A stretch of DNA of 63,433 nt, filler included, from an uncultured bacterium (GCA_964471275.1; 4 parts of 4 records of this genome joined end to end with filler, not necessarily neighbours in it); one strand, 5' to 3'. Shown: positions 30,193-40,993, counted from the whole stretch's first letter. Notes: a model not told the origin generated them from the sequence alone. Translations and numbers: made by a program.

Positions 30193-31401
30193 ATGGAAGA
30201 CGTAACTGTAGGCATACTAGGTCTCGGTCGTGGTTTTGCTCACCTGCGGAACTTCCTCGCAACAGACGGCGCCAGAGTGATCGGTGCCTGCGATTGGTAT
30301 GAGTCGCGTCACGACTGTGCGAATACGCATCTTGCGTCCGTGGGAAAGAAGGCAGAGCTGATGAGAAACTACGACGATCTTCTGGCCTTACAACCGGATG
30401 CGATCGTCGTTGCCAGTCACGGGAAGGTCCAGGTCGAGCACGCGTGTATGGCGATGGAAGCCGGTTGTCACGTCGTTTCTGAAGTCCCCGGCGCCTACAC
30501 CGTCAACGAACTGACGCGTTTGCGTGACACGGTTGAGCACATGGGAAAGACCTACATGTTTGCCGAAAACACGTGCTTCTGGGACTTTTTCCGCTACTTC
30601 CGCAAGTGGATTGTCGACGGTCAGTTTGGAAAAATCTCGATCGCGGAGGGCGAGTATCTTCACTACCTGCCGAACACGCTTCGCACCCCTGACGGCACCC
30701 CCTTAACGCCGACTCAGGCAAAGTCGCAGGACCTGACGGACGCTGAACCGATCTGGCGAGCAGACCAACCGCCGATCCAGTATCTCACACACGACCTCGG
30801 TCCACTCCTCGAGGTCCTCGATGATCACTGTGTATCCGTAGCCTGCCGAAGCGCCCCCAGGTAGTCGACTGAGGCCCCCCTGCGCTCGGACGGACAGGTC
30901 GCGCTGTTCGAGACCGCAAAGGGCCATCTTATCAAGATCATGATTACCCTGAACACACGTCGCCCCGAAGAACATCGGTATCGTCTTTTTGGTACAGAGG
31001 GCAGCTGCGAATGGTTTGGCTACGAGCAGTTCGCCCGGCGGCTCACTCGAACACAGGAAACCCGCAACGGATGGGAGCGGATTCCGATCGGCTACGCCGG
31101 TCGCGACGATGATACGACGACCGGTCACGGAGGCGCAGACTCGAAGATAGCCGAAGCTTTCATCAACGCGATTCAGGAGGGCAAACCTGCCCCGATCGAT
31201 GTGTATCGATGCATCGAATACACGTTGCCAGACATCTTGGCGAACGAATCAGCCGAATTGGGTGGAACACCCGTGGACATACCTGACTTTCGACGATCGC
31301 CCTACACGACAACAGGCTTCTGGGACGTTGTGGGTTTGCCCGAGCGAAATCCGGAAGGTGCGAATTACAAGACCGAATTGCTGGCATTGGTGGACCGATA
31401 G
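30193..31401 (+). pseudogene. Gfo/Idh/MocA oxidoreductase interrupted by one in-frame TAG
   Basis: GLGRG, SEVP, YLTHDLGP; the frame continues through TAG 30862-30864 (SAPR*STEAPLRSDGQVALFET) into ORF 30940-31401 (GHGGAD). Confidence 0.85.
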
Positions 31402-31439
31402 GGTGAGATCACTCGTCCAGGAAGAAGCGCCGGACAGCT

Positions 31440-31811
31440 ATGTTCCAAACCAGAAGATTACCGGATAGATCTGACATTACGGCACCTGATGGAAGCAACA
31501 TCAGACTGCTGCTCAGCCTGGATGGCAGGAGCATGGCTCATTTCTAACTGGCCGTAGGAGAGATATCGAAAGCGGTCGTGCACCGGACAGTGGGAGAGAT
31601 CTGGTATTGCGTTGAAGGATCGGGAGAGATGTGGCGAAAGTGTGGAGATCGGGAAGAGACAACGCAACTGAAGGTCGGCACGTGTCTGACCATACCGGTG
31701 GGAACACACTTTCAGTTTCGAGCAGCCGGAGAGGGATTGTCAGCGGTTGCGGTCACGATGCAACCGTGGCCGGGAGAAGATGAAGCGGTTTATGTCAAAG
31801 GCGTGTGGTAA
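31440..31811 (+). pseudogene. cupin protein with in-frame TAA
   Basis: MFQTRRLP..APDGSNIRLL..SMAHF*LAVG..HRTVGEIWY..IPVGTHFQFR; stop at 31545-31547. Confidence 0.85.
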
Positions 31812-31830
31812 GTGTGGGGGGTCCACAGGC

Positions 31831-32854
31831 TTAGAATTGAGCCTCTTCTCTGGTATCTATTTTGGATTCGGCCAGCGAGAGGCTAAGCCCAGGAACATCC
31901 GGAACCGTCACATCACCGTTCTCTGGTCGATAGGTTGGTTCGTGAAAGAACTGCTTCGATTCCTGTCCTCGGATCAGGAATTCCACGCGTGGTATCGTTG
32001 ACGGTGATTCGGATGGCCGCTACGTGCAGGGCGGGGAGAAACGAGTGACAGTGCGTGACGACCGATATCTCGAACACGGATGCCAGCACACAGATCTTCC
32101 TCAGTTCCGTGATCCCACCGGTCCAATCCGGATCCGTCTGCAGAACATCCGCCGCCTCTCCCACGAGCAGTTCCTTCACCTGCCAGCACGTGTATACGTG
32201 CTCACCCGTCGCAAGCGGCTCGAGCGCCCGGACCATCTCTGTCGCGTAGGGCAGCGTCCACCCATTGAAAGCATCGAACATCAGCTCGTAGTCGTCACCG
32301 ACTGCGTCACGGACGGATGCAGCCATTGCAAGGTTCTGGACAATCCCGGCCTTCCCGTCCGCCGGACCATACGAAAGAACCACTTCTGCGCCGTATAGCC
32401 TTTATCCCGATACTGGCTTGTCGCGTCGGACCGCCCAGCAAACCGTAGACAGGCTGCCCCAGCACCTTGCCTTTAAGATCCCAGAGAGCGCAGTTCACGG
32501 AGCTGACGCCGGTCGTGAACTGCCCGGTCCTGCCGTCGCGATCGAGCCGAATCATCTGGTCGAGAAGCAGGTCTGTGGCCAGAGGATCCCGCCCGATCAA
32601 ATAAGATTTCAGCTGCCTCAGGATCACAAACGCTTGCGTCTCCTGGATTGGCCCGAACACCCCGTCACGCTGTCGTCGGCTGTTATTTCCAGGTAAAGTG
32701 CACTGACCCGGTCACGCCTCCGGCCGCTCCCCTCACCGGCATCATTGAGCTCCGGGTAGATGTCCAGCGGCTTCGCCTGTCGAGACCCCGGGTCGAATTC
32801 GGGCTCCGTCCACTTGCCGCTGACACGGGTGACACGAACGTTGGTGATACCCAA
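31831..32854 (-). pseudogene. mandelate racemase/muconate-lactonizing (enolase superfamily) enzyme, fragmented
   Basis: fragments in different frames: ALWDLKGK, LMFDAFNGW, LATGEH, QTDPDWTGGITE; internal deletion of the WxEEP segment. Confidence 0.85.
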
Positions 32855-32980
32855 GGGATCTCCGATTCCTTGGAAACAGATTCTATTGTCGGTCAGCAGA
32901 GGAGAGTACGCGTCGGGCAAAGAACGTGGCGATCGCACGCTTCGCAGGACTGCTTGCAAGGATCCCCCATCCCACTCCAG

Positions 32981-34297
32981 TCAGGACGCCATAAAGATGT
33001 ATCGAGCGATGAAGATTACGGCAAGGACATCGATCAGAACGTGCACATCGTCCCCCTTGCCACTCAATCGCTTGATGATCGGGTAGGTCACGATTCCGGC
33101 CGCCACGCCGTGGGCGATGCTGAAAGTCAGTGGCATGATCAGTATCGTCAGGAAGGCCGGGACGGCTTCCGAGACCTCATCCCAATGCACTCGTGTCACC
33201 GAAGAGACCATCAGCACCCCGACCACGATCAGTGCGGGAGCCGTCGCAAACACAGGAATCGCTTCCACAAGCGGCGTCAGGAATAGAGCCAGCAGAAAGA
33301 GCACGGCAACGACGACGCTCGCGAGACCTGTCCGCGCGCCCTCAGCAATGCCCGAAGCACTCTCGATATAGGTTGTTACGGGAGAAGTCCCCATCATGGC
33401 CCCGGCCACGGTTCCGACAGAGTCGGCAATCAATGCACGATTGGCTCGAGGCAGTCTCCCCTGGTGATCCAGAAAGCCCGCCCGCTGAGACAGTCCGACC
33501 AGTGTTCCCATCGTATCGAAGAGATCGACAAACAGGAACGCGAACACCACCGTGATCAATGCGGGATCAAAGGCGACAGCCAGATTCTCGAGCGCCTTTC
33601 CGATCAGGTGTTCCGGCCAGACGGGCATGCCGACAATCGCCACCGGGAATCGGGTGATGCCGACAGCCATCGATAGAACCGTAACGCCGATAACGCCCAT
33701 CAGGATTGCTCCCTTCGCACCACGAGCCATCAACACCGCCGTTCCCACAAGCCCGATCAGCGCGAGCACTGCGGGACCGGTGTGCAGATTTCCGAGGGCC
33801 ACCAGGGTCGCATCGTTCGTCACGATCACGCCGGCATTCTTCAGACCGATAAAAGCGATGAAGAGACCGATGCCCGCGGCCGTCGCGTGCTTTAGCCCCG
33901 ACGGAACAGCGTGGATGACGACCTCGCGAACACGCAGAAGTGAGAGAAGCAGGAACAGCAGGCCTGATGCGAGGACGACCGACAGAGCAAGATCCCATCG
34001 GACACCCATACCCAGAACGACCGAGAAGGTGAAGAATGCGTTCAGCCCCATACCGGGTGCGAGCGCAAAGGGATAGTTCGCCGCCAATCCCATCAGAAGT
34101 GATGCAAACGCGGCCGAAAAACAGGTTGCGAACACCAGCTCGGGGAACAACTCCGAACCCATTGCCTGAGAGAGGATTCCAGGATTGACAGCGATGATGT
34201 AGGCCATCGTGATAAATGTGGTTACGCCTCCGACGACCTCCCTCCGGATGTCCGTGTCGACTCTATCGAACTCGAAGAATCTTGCGATGGGTCCCAT
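32981..34297 (-). CDS. NCS2/AzgA-type purine permease
   Basis: TTFITMAYIIAVNP, APGMGLNAFF, DLFDTMGTL, YIESASG. Confidence 0.95.
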   Translation of the reverse strand: MGPIARFFEFDRVDTDIRREVVGGVTTFITMAYIIAVNPGILSQAMGSELFPELVFATCFSAAFASLLMGLAANYPFALAPGMGLNAFFTFSVVLGMGVRWDLALSVVLASGLLFLLLSLLRVREVVIHAVPSGLKHATAAGIGLFIAFIGLKNAGVIVTNDATLVALGNLHTGPAVLALIGLVGTAVLMARGAKGAILMGVIGVTVLSMAVGITRFPVAIVGMPVWPEHLIGKALENLAVAFDPALITVVFAFLFVDLFDTMGTLVGLSQRAGFLDHQGRLPRANRALIADSVGTVAGAMMGTSPVTTYIESASGIAEGARTGLASVVVAVLFLLALFLTPLVEAIPVFATAPALIVVGVLMVSSVTRVHWDEVSEAVPAFLTILIMPLTFSIAHGVAAGIVTYPIIKRLSGKGDDVHVLIDVLAVIFIARYIFMAS

Positions 34298-34306
34298 ATA
34301 TCTCCG

Positions 34307-34720
34307 CTAGTAAACGCGACCGTAGTTGCCTGAGAAGATCAGAAAATCAGAAAACGCGATCGTACCGTCCTCGTCGAGATCGAATCGCTCTTCCGAGGTA
34401 TCCATCACATCAGAACCAAAGACTTCCGAAAAGGCAAGGAAGTCCGAGAAATCGACAATGCCGCTGCCGTCAAAGTCGGGGGATCGCCTCGGGAAACCGG
34501 CGATCTCGAGCGTCCCCGCCAGTATCGCCCGGGTGATCTCGCTCACATACACGATGTCCACGTGCTCGATCGTATCGACGCTCATGTTTATATGCTCCGC
34601 AGGATTCGCGAAGTATTGGAACACCCCGATAGCCGGGAAACCTCGGTTCAGAAACGACTGATGATCCGAGCATCGACAGCCAAGGGCAGTCACCATGACC
34701 CTGCTGTTTGAGGATCCGTC
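34307..34720 (-). CDS. C-terminal part of an M28-like peptidase with a dockerin-like paired EF-hand domain (cut by contig end)
   Basis: SDHQSF; PDFDGSGIVDFSDFLAF...FDLDEDGTIAFSDFLIF. Confidence 0.8.
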   Translation of the reverse strand, partial: DGSSNSRVMVTALGCRCSDHQSFLNRGFPAIGVFQYFANPAEHINMSVDTIEHVDIVYVSEITRAILAGTLEIAGFPRRSPDFDGSGIVDFSDFLAFSEVFGSDVMDTSEERFDLDEDGTIAFSDFLIFSGNYGRVY

Positions 34721-34820
34721 NNNNNNNNNNNNNNNNNNNNNNNNNNNNNNNNNNNNNNNNNNNNTTAATTAATTAANNNNNNNNNNNNNNNNNNNNNNNN
34801 NNNNNNNNNNNNNNNNNNNN
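34721..34820. other. artificial contig-joining spacer
   Basis: N-run, TTAATTAATTAA, N-run. Confidence 0.97.
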
Positions 34821-34829
34821 ACGATCTAT

Positions 34830-36008
34830 TTAACCCCGGACCGTGCTGATATCCTTCATGATGATCTCGCAGGACATGCCTCGTGAGTTGGCCAGACGCT
34901 CGCGGAGTTCGCGCTCCGCGGCCTCGATGTCAAACCGGTCGAACGCGAAGATGGCCGGGCTGGGTTTGTGGCTGAAGACATACGCCGTCTCCGCCTTCTC
35001 CGCGGCTACGGATGTGTCGCACCAGGGACTGATCGATATTTTCCTCAGACGAGGCACTTTGGCGAGAATGTGCATCTTCAGATGCAGGGGCTCGCAGCAT
35101 CCGTAGTAGTTTAGGCCGCATTGCGCCATGACCTCTGTTTCATATTTGAGGGCGAATTCCTGATGCATCTCAGGCGAGACATCACCAAGGATCTGTGCAG
35201 TTGACCCCGCCCACTGGTCCATCAGACGCAGACCTCCCTCGCGTTCGGGCGGCAGATGATCGGTCATCCCTGCCGCGCCGGATCCTACCCGAACGAGCCG
35301 ATTACTGTCGTCGAGATGGCCCTGGTCCTCGTACTGCTTCATCCGGAGAATATAGGCGTCGGTCATACGGCGCACGATTCCGTGGATGAAATCAGGTCGA
35401 TCAAACATATCGAAGAGTGACTCTGTCACGCCGGTCCATTTCACCAGCAGGTCCCAGGCAGAGAAGAAATGCTCACGTGGGCCGCAGATTTTCACCGGCA
35501 TAACGTCGCCCAAAGCTTCTTCGGAGATGCGCACGTCTTCCAGGGTGCGCTCCTCGTTATAAGTCACATCGGGAAACTGGATCTTGTCAATATCATCCGG
35601 TTCTGTGATCACCGGGCGGTATTGGTGCGATCTGACGTATGAATCGCCCTGCAGAATCATCTCCTCTGCTACATCCAGACCGTAGTCCGCGGAGTCGAAT
35701 TGCTTTTGTACCCACCATCTCCCATCCTCGACGTCGTCGCACGGAAGATGACGCTGTGTGAAAAGTCTTCTCCGCAGCTCATTTTCCATCCGGCGTTCTG
35801 CTTCGCCTTCGCAAGTCGGTCGAAGTTCGTCGTGGTGCTCGCGGCACTCGCCCCACGGAATCTCGGTAATCCATATCATCGGACGATGCGGGCGCAGTCC
35901 GTTCGAGTCCCGCCAGCTGGCTCGCCGCTCCTCTTGGACACCGTCCAACGAGATTTCGACAAGCTGGCTTGCGAGTGACCGAAGCGTTTCACGATCGGCT
36001 GGGATCAT
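34830..36008 (-). CDS. uroporphyrinogen decarboxylase-like TIM-barrel protein (C-terminus possibly clipped at contig edge)
   Basis: VSPEMHQEF, YYGCCEPLH, KISISPW, SHKPSP, IMKDISTV. Confidence 0.8.
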   Translation of the reverse strand: MIPADRETLRSLASQLVEISLDGVQEERRASWRDSNGLRPHRPMIWITEIPWGECREHHDELRPTCEGEAERRMENELRRRLFTQRHLPCDDVEDGRWWVQKQFDSADYGLDVAEEMILQGDSYVRSHQYRPVITEPDDIDKIQFPDVTYNEERTLEDVRISEEALGDVMPVKICGPREHFFSAWDLLVKWTGVTESLFDMFDRPDFIHGIVRRMTDAYILRMKQYEDQGHLDDSNRLVRVGSGAAGMTDHLPPEREGGLRLMDQWAGSTAQILGDVSPEMHQEFALKYETEVMAQCGLNYYGCCEPLHLKMHILAKVPRLRKISISPWCDTSVAAEKAETAYVFSHKPSPAIFAFDRFDIEAAERELRERLANSRGMSCEIIMKDISTVRG

Positions 36009-36175
36009 CTTATCACCTGTTTGGTTTCATTACTGTTCGAATCGGTGAGTATGAATAAAGGGGGTGCTTTGTGTCTGGGCAAGGTGCTGTGATGGCGTAT
36101 GTTAGTGGCTCGAAAAGGCTATCGTGCCGAGTGTCATCCTATATGCAGGAGATATATGATGGAAACGGCAGCGGG

Positions 36176-36292
36176 ATGACTATTCGCGGAGCGGATTCAT
36201 CGGATCTGGGCCGAATCTACGAGATCACAACGGCCGCATTCGGGCCCTTCTGTCTGCCCAAGCTCGTAAGGTCCTCCCTTGCTGTTTACTGA
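36176..36292 (+). pseudogene. possible GNAT acetyltransferase N-terminal stub
   Basis: MTIRGADSSDLGRIYEITTAAFGP resembles a GNAT beta1-alpha1 start; it ends against the convergent gene. Confidence 0.35.
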
Positions 36293-37764
36293 ATGTCCCT
36301 GACCAATCTGACAAAGTTGTAGATGCGAATCGCATCGCCCTGGGGACCTCGGCCCCAGGGAAAACGGCCCGGGTCACCAGCCTTGGGATCACTGCGCTGA
36401 GCACCCGCCCCGTGCACGTCGATCCAGGCGCCATGCATATACCCCAATGCCTTCCCGAAGGAGACATAAACTGCGCTCGCCCCGCCCATAAAATTGACAT
36501 GCGTGGTGCTGCTCCAATAGTAGGGATAGTCGGGTTGCCCTGCTTCGTTGGTGATTTGTGTGGCGTTGAACAGGGGGCTGATTGCAGCGGAACCTGTCGT
36601 AAGGGGTGATCGCTCGTAGTCCAGAATGCTCTGCAGTTCCTTGGCATTCGGCAATCGCCAGTCGCTGAAGCCCAGGTGAAGGGCGCTGTTCTTTGCATCC
36701 GCCCAGGCAAAGGCTTCCTCCCAGTCAAGCCCACCGGGGGCGTCGGCCGCACTGTCATCCTGCGTCCACATCAGGCTGGTCAATCTGTCTGTGACGGTTC
36801 TGTCACCATTGTCGATAAGGTCGTTGGCACCGTAACCCGAGCTGCCTCGGGTGCAGATGACAAAGAAGGTCTTGATCCTTCCGCCGGGCATGACCAGGCC
36901 ATACCCCTTGATTCGTCCATCGGCAAAATTGACACCGAACAGCAACTGCTCCCGGCTTGTGCTGCCAACGTAGAGCGTGGCCGAGGCATACTGCGCATCG
37001 ATGATCCGCTCGCCTGCATTCAGGTCCCCATAGGCGAACGTGAAAGCATTGGTGTCTATGAAGGGAACGAGGTCAGACGTGTTCGTGCTCATCGCGTTGG
37101 GATCGACACCGCTGAAGTCGATGAGGGAGTAGAGTTCTTTGATGGTCGGCAGTCGCCAGTCGGTGTATCCGCCAAAACCCTGAGCGTTCAGGGTGGCCGG
37201 GTACGCCTGCAGCTCGCCCCAGTTCATCTTGTCGCTGGCGCCTATTTCATTGTCGTTATCTGTATCCGGGCTCCGTTGCCAGGTCAGCCCGGTTACCTGG
37301 TCGAAGACCGTAAGACTGTCGTTAGCGAGGGTGTATCGCGATGCATTGCCGTCGTGCTGGCCATCCTGTCCGTAGAACGGCTGACCGATGGAGGGGCACG
37401 GAATCTCGCCCTGGGCGCCATAACACTGGTCTTGCCCGGTGTCGACAACGAGGTGCAGCTCGGAATTCACGACCGGGAATACACTCTGACCGTAAAATCC
37501 AGCGAATGTCAGGAAGTCGTCGAATTCGACCCGTCCGTTTGCATCCAGATCATACGCGGGTTGCGTAGTGTCGTACGCGCCGGCAAACATGAGAAAATCG
37601 CCGAATCCCACCTCACCGTCCCCGTCAAAGTCCACATCGGCCACCGTTTGCGCAGAAGCCGACCCCGCGACACTCGTCAGGACTGCTGCGATCAGTCCAA
37701 ACAGCAACGAGCGATGCCGTTGCCTCAATCTCGCCGGTCGTATCTGTGGTCTTCTCTTGTCCAT
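36286..37764 (-). CDS. secreted DUF1566 (Lcl C-terminal) protein with N-terminal dockerin-like EF-hand pair
   Basis: signal peptide; DFDGDGEVGFGDFLMF..DLDANGRVEFDDFLTF; two DUF1566 repeats (DQVTGLTWQ..DWRLPTIKEL; DRLTSLMW..DWRLPNAKELQS). Confidence 0.9.
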   Translation of the reverse strand: MDKRRPQIRPARLRQRHRSLLFGLIAAVLTSVAGSASAQTVADVDFDGDGEVGFGDFLMFAGAYDTTQPAYDLDANGRVEFDDFLTFAGFYGQSVFPVVNSELHLVVDTGQDQCYGAQGEIPCPSIGQPFYGQDGQHDGNASRYTLANDSLTVFDQVTGLTWQRSPDTDNDNEIGASDKMNWGELQAYPATLNAQGFGGYTDWRLPTIKELYSLIDFSGVDPNAMSTNTSDLVPFIDTNAFTFAYGDLNAGERIIDAQYASATLYVGSTSREQLLFGVNFADGRIKGYGLVMPGGRIKTFFVICTRGSSGYGANDLIDNGDRTVTDRLTSLMWTQDDSAADAPGGLDWEEAFAWADAKNSALHLGFSDWRLPNAKELQSILDYERSPLTTGSAAISPLFNATQITNEAGQPDYPYYWSSTTHVNFMGGASAVYVSFGKALGYMHGAWIDVHGAGAQRSDPKAGDPGRFPWGRGPQGDAIRIYNFVRLVRDIQ

Positions 37765-38159
37765 CTCTTTCCTCCCCTTCACGGTCGTCCTGCCTCGCTT
37801 GACAGTAGAGCCGATCACCAGTCGTTCACGGTCATCATCCTCTCTTCCTGGGGGGCTCATTTTATCGCCCTGGTCTAACACCTCAAACATTCGCCAGCGC
37901 GAGCGCAGAGTCTGTGAGAGGAGCGTGTCGATATGTAACAGATTGGTAAGCAGAAACCAGGATCGGCAGCGCCTGTATTGGAAGGTCCCGGACACCGACC
38001 GTCGGGTCCAGAACACGACTCGAAGCACAAGAAGGCCCGTCACACGTTTGCATTGACCGATCTGTCCGGTCGAACAGACTGTTGCCGCGAGCAGAATCGC
38101 TCCGTACTCTATGCCGTCTCGCAATCGATCCGCAAGCCACTCTCCGGGGGACTGATCTC

Positions 38160-40145
38160 TTGGTCACAGAGACATCCGATACAAGGACCCAACCTGCCAC
38201 ACCTTCCGCCCTGACCGAAGGGGCACGAGGTGCGGTCACCTGGCGATCGCTCGTCTCCGGGATTGCCGTTGCCTTGTGCGTGATCGTCTGGAATACCTAC
38301 GTGGAGTATATAGCGCACACGGCGCGGATGAACATCACCCACTTTCCGCTCGCGCTGTTCGTCCCACTGACCGTGCTGGGGCTCGCGAATGGGTATCTGC
38401 GATTGCGGAACGTGAACTGGGCCTTCGCACCGACCGAAGTCATGGTTGTCGTAGGGTTAGGACTGATTGGGGCAGCCGTACCCGCGTATGGGCTGACGAG
38501 CTACTTCCTCGGCGTCATTGCGATCCCTTACTATCTCGCGACACCCGAGAATCAGTGGGCGTTGTTCTTCCACCTGCATTTGCCGGAATGGCTGATCCCG
38601 TCTAACGATGGAGACGCGATGCGCTGGCTGTTCGAGGGGCTGCCCAACCCGTCGATGCCGATTCCCTGGAGCGTCTGGATCGCTCCGATGATCGGCTGGA
38701 TGGCCTTCATCGGGGCGATCGTACTCGGTTGTGTCTGTCTGGCCGTGATGCTCAGGAAGCAATGGGCAGAGCACGAGCGGATTCCTTACCCAATCCTTCA
38801 TCCCGCGCGGATCCTGGCAGAGATCGGCGAGGGTGGGAACGACAGTCATCTTCGAAGCCGACTGTTCTGGATCGGAGCATCCGTACCCTTCTTCATTCTC
38901 ACCTGGAATATGATCGAGTACTTCATTCCGGGCTATCCTCGTATTGATCTGCACCACGGCTGGCTGTCGATGGGTGGTGGTTACTTCCCGAGCATCCACG
39001 TGGGCGTCAACTGGTATACGATCGGGTTTGCGTACTTCGCGAACATCGACGTCTTGCTGTCGATCGTCATCTTCTACCTTTATTACTACGTCCAGATCGC
39101 TCTCTACCGCCGACTGGGGATCGCCCTCAGCAAGAAGGGGTCGGTCAGCGACGGAACGGTCTCGCTGCAGGCGATGGGCGCGTTTGTGGCACTCGTCCTG
39201 TCCGGACTCTGGCTGGCTCGCCACCATCTGGAAGACGTCTTTCAGAAGGCGATTCACCCCAGCCATCCCGCCGCCGATCGCGATGAACTCATTTCCTATC
39301 GCACCTGCGTGTTCGGATTTATCTTCGGGTTCCTGTTCATCGTCTGCTGGCTGAATGCGATCGGTATCGCGATCTGGGCGTCCGTCATCTATGCGATCGG
39401 GATCTTTCTGTCGTATCTCGGGATTGCGCGTGTCATTGCCGAAACGGGTGTGGTGTATTACAGCTGGAATATGAGCCCCGAGGGCTTTCTCAACTCCGTT
39501 TCCGGGAATCCGAACGTGTTCAATCCTGCCACTAAGACCGCACTCCGGGTTGTGGCGGCCATCAATTGCCAGGGAAAAGGCATGTTCATGGTCCCGATTG
39601 TTCACGCGGTTCGGATCGGGGGGGCGATCGCCGAGCACAAACAACGTCTTATCCTGGGAGTTGTCCTCACTGTTGTGCTGGGTGTCGGCGCATCCATTGT
39701 CTATTCCCTGTCTCTTGGCTACGCTCACGGAGCATATAATTTCAACGACTTCCCGTTCACACGGTATCCTCCGAATCTCTTCAACGGGCTGGTCAAGGCA
39801 CTCAAAGGTGACGTAAAATGGGATATCAGCCGTTACGCCTTTATGGGTTGGGGAGTCCTGGCTTACATCCTAGTCAGCACGATGCGCTATCGTCTTGCGT
39901 GGTGGCCGCTCGCGCCAATCGGTCTGGTTGTTCCGCTGACACACGGCATCGCTTCTGTGTTCTCCCTGTTCCTGACGTGGTCAGCCAAGTCGATCATTCT
40001 TCGGATCGGCGGCGTCGGGCTATATCGCAAGCTGCGACCTCTGTTTGTCGGAATCCTCGCCGGGCACGCACTGGGGTGCCTGCTGTCATTTTTGGTGGAT
40101 ATGGTCTGGTTTCCGGGACATGGCCACCATACGCACAGCTGGTAA
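38160..40145 (+). CDS. DUF6785/DUF6784-like polytopic membrane protein (putative peptide transporter)
   Basis: many TM segments; LRKQWAEHERIPYP, ARVIAETG, WWPLAPIG, RIGGVGLYRKLRPLFVG; start codon uncertain. Confidence 0.8.
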   Translation: MVTETSDTRTQPATPSALTEGARGAVTWRSLVSGIAVALCVIVWNTYVEYIAHTARMNITHFPLALFVPLTVLGLANGYLRLRNVNWAFAPTEVMVVVGLGLIGAAVPAYGLTSYFLGVIAIPYYLATPENQWALFFHLHLPEWLIPSNDGDAMRWLFEGLPNPSMPIPWSVWIAPMIGWMAFIGAIVLGCVCLAVMLRKQWAEHERIPYPILHPARILAEIGEGGNDSHLRSRLFWIGASVPFFILTWNMIEYFIPGYPRIDLHHGWLSMGGGYFPSIHVGVNWYTIGFAYFANIDVLLSIVIFYLYYYVQIALYRRLGIALSKKGSVSDGTVSLQAMGAFVALVLSGLWLARHHLEDVFQKAIHPSHPAADRDELISYRTCVFGFIFGFLFIVCWLNAIGIAIWASVIYAIGIFLSYLGIARVIAETGVVYYSWNMSPEGFLNSVSGNPNVFNPATKTALRVVAAINCQGKGMFMVPIVHAVRIGGAIAEHKQRLILGVVLTVVLGVGASIVYSLSLGYAHGAYNFNDFPFTRYPPNLFNGLVKALKGDVKWDISRYAFMGWGVLAYILVSTMRYRLAWWPLAPIGLVVPLTHGIASVFSLFLTWSAKSIILRIGGVGLYRKLRPLFVGILAGHALGCLLSFLVDMVWFPGHGHHTHSW

Positions 40146-40241
40146 GCGGTAGAGTCGGTGCCTGAGGCGAGAATTCTGTTCTGAACAAGGGAGCGTGCAA
40201 TCGACTGAAGCCCCATCGCTGCGGTCCTGAGCAGGTCGTGT

Positions 40242-40514
40242 TTGGGGTCTTACACGCCCGGTCACTATGGTCTGGCCTTGATCGATCCTGGTTTGCCCGA
40301 AATGCCAGGGAACGCCGTGGCGGAGGAGCTGAAGAAGAGAGACTCCAAGATTGCGACCGTCCTGATCTCGGGTTGGGGACTTGGTGAGGGGGATCCCAGG
40401 TTGACCGTTTTCGACCTGTCACTTAAGAAGCCGCTGAATCTGGAGGATCTCGAGGAGGCCGTTTCTCAGGCGGCTGCTCTCCACGATGAACGCCTGCAGA
40501 GGCCGATAGCGTGA
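40242..40514 (+). pseudogene. response-regulator receiver domain lacking its N-terminus
   Basis: LIDPGLPEMPG, VLISGWG, KKPLNLEDL. Confidence 0.6.
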
Positions 40515-40993
40515 GGCGGAAGCACGATCGGCGGTTGTCGTAGAATGTCACGTGTTCGAGACCGAACAATCGAGCCCCAGGAGATTCGTGTATCCTCACG
40601 CAGCCAATAGGCCCCTGCCTTACAGTGGCCGATGACTTCCCTCCCTGAATGCTCGCCTCATCTGCACCGCTTTCCCCGTGCCTCATCGTATCCGTGTTCG
40701 AGTGAGATAGGCAGACTCACAGCACCAGAGTGCCCACCGATTGCCTGACCGATCTGGAATTAGTGTGTCTCACTGATGGATTGTCCTATCTTGGGTCACC
40801 GTTGGGGAGGGAAGATGACCTGGAGGCGCCGGGGGGTATCCTTTTCGGGGTCTCGCGTGATCTCTCTCGGCGGTCCAGTCCTGTTGCTAGACGTGATCGG
40901 TCCCGTCGAGGTATCGTATTGGTCCAGGCGGCGGGATCGTCTTGCATCAATCCGTGCATTTTGTCAGTGGGCGTAACTCAAATGGAGGTAGAC

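Noticed and set aside
36676..39728. Long antisense ORFs (36676-37878, 38457-39728; also 5813-6823 and 62325-63413)
   Set aside because: Shadow ORFs opposite well-supported genes, expected in GC-rich DNA; no motifs.
40520..40990. Moco/Wco riboswitch upstream of AOR
   Set aside because: I could not find the conserved motif elements by eye; a cmscan would be needed.
40730..40993. N-terminal extensions of AOR, pheS, DUF1566 and sulfatase in the ORF track
   Set aside because: Downstream ATGs with good RBS match the family starts; the extensions overlap promoters, leaders or other genes.
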